From: Acidobacteriota bacterium
GTDB lineage: Bacteria > Acidobacteriota > Vicinamibacteria > Vicinamibacterales > UBA2999
Length of the DNA: 64,000 nt
Direction of reading: 5' to 3'
Assembly (NCBI GenBank): GCA_016192845.1
Contig: JACPTI010000064.1
Coordinates: forward strand, 9,601 to 73,600
Below are positions 57,880 to 64,000 of this stretch, piece after piece (the first letter of the stretch is position 1; the number at the start of each line of letters is the position of its first letter). The position numbers were made by a program, and so were the translations under genes. The notes beneath the pieces are model-generated. The model worked only from the letters and a program-made list of their open reading frames with translations, was not told where the DNA came from and did no database searches.

Positions 57880-59250
57880 TCACCCCGGCGCGAGATATCC
57901 CATGAACAGCGTCGCCAGCCCCAGGAACGAAAAGAAGCCAAAGACGTCGGTCAGCGTCGTGATGAAGACGGACGAGGCGAGCGCCGGGTCGACGTTCGCC
58001 GCGCGCAGCCCCAGCGGCACCAGCGTCCCCGCCGTCGCGGCGACGAACATGTTGATGATCATCGCGGCGCACAGGACCAGCCCGAGCACCGGGCTGCCCC
58101 GGGTGGCCCAGGCGACGGCGGCCGCGACGAGCCCCAGCACGAGGCCGTTGCCGACGCCGACCGTGGCTTCCTTCAGGAGCGCCTTGCGGGAGTTGCCCCA
58201 CGTCAGCTCGCCGAGCGCGATGCCGCGCACGACGACGGTCAGCGTCTGCGTGGCGGCATTGCCGCCCATCCCGGCCACGATCGGCATGAAGACCGCGAGC
58301 GCCGTGATCCGCTCGATCGTCCCCTCGAAGATCGCGACGACTGAGGCGGCCACGAACGCGGTGACCAGATTCACGCCGAGCCACGGCAGCCGCTTGCGAA
58401 TCGATTCGCCGGCCGGCGTGAACGCACGCTCGTCGCCCGCGACCCCCGCCAGACGGTAGATGTCCTCGGTCGCCTCTTCCTTGATGACGTCGATCACGTC
58501 GTCGACGGTGATGACGCCGACCAGCTTGTTCTCCTCGTCGACGACCGGAATGGCGAGCAGGTTGTAGGAGGCCACCAGGCGCGCGACCTCCTCCTGGTCC
58601 ATGTCGACGCGCGCGCTGATCAGATCGGTGGTCATGATCCGCTTCAGCGGCGTCTCGGGCGCCACGAGCAGCAGCCGCCGCAGCGAGGTGACGCCGACCA
58701 GGTGCCGGCGCTCGTCGACGACGTAGAGGTAGAAGACCATCTCGACGTCGCGGTTGGTCTGCAGCTCGGTGATCGCCTCGCCGACCGTCATGTCCTCGTT
58801 GAGGGCGAAGACATGCGGGTTCATGATGCGCCCCGCCGTCTGCTCGTCGTACTCGAGGAGGTTTTCGACCTCGCCCGACTGCTTCGGCCGCATCAGCTCG
58901 AGGACGGCTGCCGACAGCTCCTCGGGCAGGTGATCGATCAGCGCCGCCGCATCGTCGGTGGGGATCTCCTGCGCCAGGCGCGCGATGTCCTCGGCCGAGC
59001 GCGTCGCCAGCAGCGCCGCGCCCGCTTCCGGGCCGAGCTCCGAGACCGTTTCCATCGCGAGGCGGCCGTTCCGTTCCACCAGGAGGCTGAAGGTGGCCTG
59101 GCGATCGCGATCGGGAAGTTCGCTGAAGACCTGGGCGAGGTCGGCCGGGTGCTGCTTCTGCAGCAGGTTCAGCAGGTTGGCGGTCGCACCAATCCGGAGC
59201 AGCCGCCTGACCGAGTCGAGGACGAGATCGATTCTTCGCTGCGCCGCCAT
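57880..59250 (-). CDS. mgtE: Magnesium transporter MgtE
   Basis: TAGRIM, CBS pair, RLPWL..NL, GMGGNAATQT, DPALASSVFITTLTD. Confidence 0.97.
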   Translation of the reverse strand: MAAQRRIDLVLDSVRRLLRIGATANLLNLLQKQHPADLAQVFSELPDRDRQATFSLLVERNGRLAMETVSELGPEAGAALLATRSAEDIARLAQEIPTDDAAALIDHLPEELSAAVLELMRPKQSGEVENLLEYDEQTAGRIMNPHVFALNEDMTVGEAITELQTNRDVEMVFYLYVVDERRHLVGVTSLRRLLLVAPETPLKRIMTTDLISARVDMDQEEVARLVASYNLLAIPVVDEENKLVGVITVDDVIDVIKEEATEDIYRLAGVAGDERAFTPAGESIRKRLPWLGVNLVTAFVAASVVAIFEGTIERITALAVFMPIVAGMGGNAATQTLTVVVRGIALGELTWGNSRKALLKEATVGVGNGLVLGLVAAAVAWATRGSPVLGLVLCAAMIINMFVAATAGTLVPLGLRAANVDPALASSVFITTLTDVFGFFSFLGLATLFMGYLAPG

Positions 59251-59362
59251 GATGCAGGTTCGTCCAGCACGTGCAAACAGCTCAATGTAGCACGCGGAAC
59301 TGAAGGATTGACAGCCTTTTGCGGCGGTTGGTAGCAACCATGACCCCACGAACCACCAACCA

Positions 59363-60253
59363 CTAACTAGGTTTTCGCAGTCCCATCTCGTCCAGCGCGC
59401 GCTCGTCATCGCGCCACTCGGTTTTCACCTTCACGCGCAGGTCGAGATACACACGCGTGCCGAAGAAGCGCTCCAGCTCGGCCCGGGCGGCCGTGCCGAT
59501 CTGCTTGACCATCGCGCCGCCCCGCCCCACGACGATCGGCTTCTGCGATTCGCGCTCGACGAGGATCGTGCAGTAGATCCGCACGAGCTTCTGCGCGGCG
59601 GCCTCCTCGAAGTGATCGACGACGACCGCGGTGGAAAACGGGAGCTCGGCGTGGGTGAGCTGCAGGACCTGCTCGCGCACGATTTCCGCCACGAAGAACG
59701 TTTCGGGCTGGTCCGTTACGTAATCGGGCGGGTGGAGCGGCTCCCCCTCGGGTAGGTGCTGCAAGAAGAGCCGCTCCAGCACGTCGACGTTGGTGCCGTC
59801 GGTCGCCGAAATAGGCACGATTTCTACGAACGGATGCTCCTGCCGGTAGCAATCGATGATCGGCAGCAGCTTCGGCTTGGCCACCAGATCCACCTTGTTC
59901 AGCGCCAGGATGGCCGGGGTCGTGACGTCTTTGACGAGCGACAGCAGGTGGCGGTCGCCGGGGCCCGATTTTACCGACACATCGACGACGAGCGTCAGCA
60001 GGTCGACCTCGCGCATCGCTTCGAGCGCCAGGTCGACCATCCGCACGTTCATCCGGTGGGTCGGCTTGTGCACGCCGGGGGTGTCGACGAACACGACCTG
60101 ACCGCCCGGATAGTTCTTCACGCCGACGATCCGCGTCCGTGTCGTCTGCGGCTTGTCGGACACAATCGCCAGCTTGTGGCCGACGATGCGGTTGAGCAGC
60201 GTCGATTTGCCCGCGTTGGGGCGCCCGATGAAGGAGACGAAGCCGGACTTCAC
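59363..60253 (-). CDS. era: GTPase Era
   Basis: SGFVSFIGRPNAGKSTL, KPQTTR, DTPG, NKVD, KH domain. Confidence 0.98.
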   Translation of the reverse strand: MKSGFVSFIGRPNAGKSTLLNRIVGHKLAIVSDKPQTTRTRIVGVKNYPGGQVVFVDTPGVHKPTHRMNVRMVDLALEAMREVDLLTLVVDVSVKSGPGDRHLLSLVKDVTTPAILALNKVDLVAKPKLLPIIDCYRQEHPFVEIVPISATDGTNVDVLERLFLQHLPEGEPLHPPDYVTDQPETFFVAEIVREQVLQLTHAELPFSTAVVVDHFEEAAAQKLVRIYCTILVERESQKPIVVGRGGAMVKQIGTAARAELERFFGTRVYLDLRVKVKTEWRDDERALDEMGLRKPS

Positions 60254-60774
60254 AGGTCGCGCGGACCGGACCCCGGCGACTCGGCAGGCGCCGGAAGCCG
60301 TGCTTCCCGCAGCAGGCCCTCGAGATCCAGCCGCCGGGTGTACATCGCCAGGCGCCCGTCCGCCGTGCGGGGCCACCGCTCCACCGGACGGTCCCAGTAG
60401 AGCTCCACGCCGTTCTGGTCCGGGTCGCGCAGGTACAGCGCCTCGCTGACGCCGTGGTCGGCGGCGCCGTCGAGCGCGACACCCGCCTGCAGCACGCGGC
60501 GGAGCGCGCCGGCCAGCTCGGCGCGCGTCGGATACAGGATCGCCAGGTGATAGAGCCCGGTCGTGTCGGGCGGCGGCGGCGAGCCGCCCAGACTCTCCCA
60601 CGTATTGAGGCCGATGTGATGGTGGTAGCCGCCCGCCGCGATGAACGCGGCGCTCGATCCCCACTGCTGCATCAGCTCGAACCCGAGCACCTCGCAGTAG
60701 AAGCCGAGCGCGCGATCGAGGTCCGCCACCTTCAGGTGGACGTGGCCGATGCGAACCTCACGGTGAATAGCCAT
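60250..60774 (-). CDS. VOC/glyoxalase-family protein (CatE-like)
   Basis: IGHVHLKVADL, GGYHHHIGLNTW, DHGVSEALYLRDPD.NGVELY. Confidence 0.9.
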   Translation of the reverse strand: MAIHREVRIGHVHLKVADLDRALGFYCEVLGFELMQQWGSSAAFIAAGGYHHHIGLNTWESLGGSPPPPDTTGLYHLAILYPTRAELAGALRRVLQAGVALDGAADHGVSEALYLRDPDQNGVELYWDRPVERWPRTADGRLAMYTRRLDLEGLLREARLPAPAESPGSGPRDL

Positions 60775-60782
60775 ATCGATCA

Positions 60783-60869
60783 ACCACGAAGGCCACGACG
60801 ATCACGAAGATCACGAAACCTTTAAAGGCATTTCGTGGCCTTCGCGTCCTTCGTGCACTTCGTGGTTCA
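60783..60869. repeat. 9-mer repeats in inverted arms (CACGAAG.. / ..TTCGTG) around CCTTTAAAGG
   Basis: Four units per arm, directly visible. Confidence 0.8.
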
Positions 60870-62105
60870 TTCGGTCTCCGCGGGCGCGCCGGCCCGGCGC
60901 CGGGCGCGGACCTTGGTAATACGCCGGCGCTCGACCTCGAGCACTTCGACGGCGAGGTCGTCCGCCTCGAACGTCTCGCCGACGTACGGCATGCGCCCGA
61001 GATGCGACAGCAGGTAGCCGCCGAGCGTTTCGAACCCTTCGCGCTCGATCTCGACGCCGAGCCGCTCACGGACCTCGTCGACGCTCACCTTGCCGCTGAA
61101 CACGAAGACGCCGTCGCCCTCCTCGGTGACCGTCTCGGCCTCGACGTCGTACTCGTCGCGGATCTCGCCGACGATCTCCTCGAGCAGATCCTCGACCGTC
61201 ACCAGACCCGCGGTGCCGCCGTACTCGTCGACGACAATCGCCATCTGCGCCTGCCGCCGCTGCATCTCCTTCAGGAGCTCGGAGACCCGCTTGCTCTCCG
61301 GCACCATGTAGGCGGACCGCATCAACGTGGTCAACGGCGGCTCCGCGCCCGGCGGCAGCCCCACCAGATCCTTCACGAACACGATGCCGATGATGTTGTC
61401 GAGGTCCTTGCGGTAGACGGGAATGCGCGAGTACTGCTCCTCCCGGAACAGCGTGCGCAGATCGTTCAGCGTCGCGTCGGCGTGGATCGCGACGATGTCG
61501 GGCCGCGGGGTCATGACCTCCCGCACGACCGTCTCCGTGAAGTCGACGATCGACTGCAGCAGTTCGCGGCCTTCCTCTTGGGAGATCGCGCCTTCGGTGT
61601 CCGCGGTCTCGGCGGCGGCCGGGGCTTTCGCGGCGCCTTCGTCGGCCCCTGCGCCGCCCGCGTCGCGGTCGCTGGCGATGCCGGCGAGGTCGATGAGCGT
61701 TCGCGTCACGGGCCGCATCAGCCGCGCGACGGGATCGAAGGCCGGCAGCAGCACGTCGAGGACCTGCTCGGGATCGCGCCGCGCGACCAGCATTGGCAGC
61801 AGGTGCTCGCACACGACGACGAAGGCGACGAGCGACACGAAGAACGTCGCGATCGACCAGGCATCGTCCACCGTGCTGAGGCGCGCGATCAGCACGCCGG
61901 CCACGACGGTGCAGAGGCCGATGAGGATCCGGACGGGGATGAAGACCTGCAGCGGGTCGTCCAGATACCGGCCGAGCCGGTCGCCGCGGCCGCCGCGCTC
62001 GGCCATCAGCCGGAGCGAGAGGCGCATCAGCGTGCTGAACGCCGCCTGCACCGACCCGAGGAACACGGTCGCGCACGCGAGGAGAAAGAGGGCGAGCGGG
62101 CTCAC
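60867..62105 (-). CDS. Hemolysin/CorC-CNNM family CBS protein
   Basis: N-terminal TMs, [33 protein letters not shown]. Confidence 0.93.
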   Translation of the reverse strand: MSPLALFLLACATVFLGSVQAAFSTLMRLSLRLMAERGGRGDRLGRYLDDPLQVFIPVRILIGLCTVVAGVLIARLSTVDDAWSIATFFVSLVAFVVVCEHLLPMLVARRDPEQVLDVLLPAFDPVARLMRPVTRTLIDLAGIASDRDAGGAGADEGAAKAPAAAETADTEGAISQEEGRELLQSIVDFTETVVREVMTPRPDIVAIHADATLNDLRTLFREEQYSRIPVYRKDLDNIIGIVFVKDLVGLPPGAEPPLTTLMRSAYMVPESKRVSELLKEMQRRQAQMAIVVDEYGGTAGLVTVEDLLEEIVGEIRDEYDVEAETVTEEGDGVFVFSGKVSVDEVRERLGVEIEREGFETLGGYLLSHLGRMPYVGETFEADDLAVEVLEVERRRITKVRARRRAGAPAETE

Positions 62106-62578
62106 CGATGCCTTTCGATCAGGCCTTCACGCAGGCCGCCGCGGGCGCGCAGACGGGCCTCCAGCCGGGCCATCTGTCCCGCGTCGCGCTCGTGATCATA
62201 GCCAAGAAGGTGGAGAAGGCCGTGCAGCGCCAGAATCCGCAATTCCGTCCGCAGCGAGTGCCCCGCCTCGCGCGCCTGGCGGCGCGCGACGCCGGCGGCA
62301 ATGAGGATGTCGCCCAGATACCCGCGTTCTTCGGAGGGCCTGCCCCGCCGAAGCCCACCGGCGGAGGCGGGAAACGAGAGGACATCGGTGGCGCGGTTTT
62401 TGCTGCGGTAGCGGCGGTTGAGGACACGCACGCCCGCATCGGGCACGATGGCGACGGTGACGGCGCCCCGCGCGCGCGCCGGCGCCACCGCGGCGAGCCA
62501 GCGCGCCAGCCCCGGGGCGCGCACGCCGGCCGGCGTGACGACCTCGACGCGCAGGCGCGACGGAGGGTCGTCATCCAT
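62102..62578 (-). CDS. ybeY: rRNA maturation endoribonuclease YbeY
   Basis: LN..YR.K..ATDVLSF, LGDI.I, HGLLHLLGYDH. Confidence 0.96.
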   Translation of the reverse strand: MDDDPPSRLRVEVVTPAGVRAPGLARWLAAVAPARARGAVTVAIVPDAGVRVLNRRYRSKNRATDVLSFPASAGGLRRGRPSEERGYLGDILIAAGVARRQAREAGHSLRTELRILALHGLLHLLGYDHERDAGQMARLEARLRARGGLREGLIERHR

Positions 62579-63530
62579 TGGAGCGGGAGCCGTTCGTATA
62601 CGCCTCGTAGGCCTTGACGATCTGCTGCACCAGCTTGTGCCGCACCACGTCCCGGTCGTCGAAGTAGATGAAGCCGATGCCTTCCACGTCCTTGACGATC
62701 TTGAGCACCTCCACGAGCCCCGACATGCGCGCCTGCGGCAGGTCGATCTGGGTGATATCGCCGGTGACCACCGCCTTCGACCCGAAGCCGAGCCGCGTCA
62801 GGAACATCTTCATCTGCTCGGAGGTGGTGTTCTGCGCCTCGTCCAGGATCACGAACGCGTCGTTCAGCGTCCGCCCGCGCATGAACGCGATCGGCGCCAC
62901 TTCGATTACGCCGCGCTCGATCAGCCGCGTCGCCTTCTCCACGTCCATCATGTCGAACAGGGCGTCGTACAGCGGGCGCAGGTACGGGTTGATTTTCTCC
63001 TGCAGATCGCCCGGCAGGAATCCGAGCCTCTCCCCCGCCTCGACCGCCGGCCGCGCCAGAATGATGCGGCTCACCTTCTTCCCGACGAGACAGCTCACCG
63101 CCTGCGCCATCGCGAGGTACGTCTTGCCGGTGCCGGCCGGCCCGACGCCGAAGACGATGTCGAACCGGTCGATGGCGTCGAGGTACCGGCGCTGATTGAC
63201 GCTCTTCGGGTTGACGCGGCGCCGGGTCCCCTGCCGCTCGGTCCCTTTCATGAAGTAATCGCGCAGGTCGAGCTCGGCGTTCTCCGCCAGGAGATCCGCG
63301 GCGATCTTCACGTCACCGTTGGCGAGCGTGTACCCCTCGTCCATGAGGATGCGCAGCTGATCGAAGATGTGCTGCGCCCGCAGCTCGTCGGCGGGCGCGC
63401 CTTCCACGGTCAGCTGGGCGCCGTGCGTGCGGATGTCGACCTTCAGCAGCAGCTCGATATGCTTCAGGTTGGCGTCGTGCGCGCCGTAGAGCGTATCGAG
63501 GCGTTCTTCGGGCAGGGCAATCTTTCTCAT
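62571..63530 (-). CDS. phoH: PhoH-like ATPase
   Basis: [45 protein letters not shown]. Confidence 0.96.
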   Translation of the reverse strand: MRKIALPEERLDTLYGAHDANLKHIELLLKVDIRTHGAQLTVEGAPADELRAQHIFDQLRILMDEGYTLANGDVKIAADLLAENAELDLRDYFMKGTERQGTRRRVNPKSVNQRRYLDAIDRFDIVFGVGPAGTGKTYLAMAQAVSCLVGKKVSRIILARPAVEAGERLGFLPGDLQEKINPYLRPLYDALFDMMDVEKATRLIERGVIEVAPIAFMRGRTLNDAFVILDEAQNTTSEQMKMFLTRLGFGSKAVVTGDITQIDLPQARMSGLVEVLKIVKDVEGIGFIYFDDRDVVRHKLVQQIVKAYEAYTNGSRSNG

Positions 63531-64000
63531 TGCTTGATCGTGATGTGCAGCTCCCTCAGTTGTTTCGGATCGACCGGCGACGGCGCGTCGGACATGAGAT
63601 CGACGGCGTTCGCCGTCTTCGGAAACGCGATCACCTCGCGAATCGAGCTCTCGCCCGCGAGAATCGCGCACATGCGGTCGAGGCCGAGGGCGATGCCGCC
63701 GTGCGGCGGCGTGCCGAACTCGAGCGCCTCGACGAAGAATCCGAACCGCAGCTTCGCCTCCTCCGGGCCGATGTTGAGCAGCGAGAAGATCCGCCGCTGC
63801 AGCGTCGCGTCGTGGATACGGATGCTGCCGCCGCCGATCTCGCTGCCGTTCAGTACCAGATCATAGGCCTTCGCGCGCACCTTCGCCGGCTCCGCCTCGA
63901 GCCGGTCGAGGTCCTCGTCGTGCGGTGAGGTGAACGGGTGGTGCATCGAGACGTAGCGCCGCTCTTCCGGATCCCATTCCAGCAAAGGAAAGTCCACGAC
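63527..64000 (-). CDS. aspS: Aspartate-tRNA ligase, C-terminal part (5' end outside window)
   Basis: [48 protein letters not shown]. Confidence 0.97.
   Translation of the reverse strand, partial: VVDFPLLEWDPEERRYVSMHHPFTSPHDEDLDRLEAEPAKVRAKAYDLVLNGSEIGGGSIRIHDATLQRRIFSLLNIGPEEAKLRFGFFVEALEFGTPPHGGIALGLDRMCAILAGESSIREVIAFPKTANAVDLMSDAPSPVDPKQLRELHITIKQ

Noticed and set aside
59251-59362. Mg2+ riboswitch or leader peptide upstream of mgtE
   Set aside because: Only about 110 nt separate era from mgtE, partly short repeats; no M-box-sized structure or credible leader ORF

Overview
High-GC bacterial chromosomal window. Gene content suggests Acidobacteriota, probably Vicinamibacteria (inference from the VWA protein, Ser/Thr kinase-propeller protein and TIGR02999-type ECF/kinase pair). 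The backbone is housekeeping: hpt/upp salvage, mlaEFD, uvrB, greA, rarA, mutL and a long aspS-phoH-ybeY-corC-like-era-mgtE-recO-glyQS-ppdK-corA-mutL run. An accessory tract of about 13 kb follows a tRNA-Val(CAC) gene. It has (i) a three-gene mini-module with a stand-alone TNT/ADP-ribosyltransferase-like domain and a small candidate immunity protein, closed by a degenerate tRNA-like relic. It has (ii) a co-oriented six-gene envelope cluster: START-like protein, POTRA-less Omp85 barrel, exported atypical-kinase-like protein, internally duplicated membrane protein, DedA and a LolA-like protein. It has (iii) a partly decayed second copy of two of these genes, with an ECF sigma/kinase pair and a CDP-alcohol phosphatidyltransferase. 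Other unusual items are a ClpB-D2/receiver fusion, a non-canonical EF-P, a pseudo-patatin and a beta-layer-type 13-residue repeat protein. Several REP-like palindrome families lie in frame inside housekeeping genes (recO, mutL, ybeY, glyS, rarA, VWA). Many intergenic gaps carry 7-9-mer tandem repeats arranged as inverted arms, and at least five genes look leaderless. No CRISPR array, rRNA, integrase or transposase was seen. All assignments come from motif recognition by eye; no database search was run.
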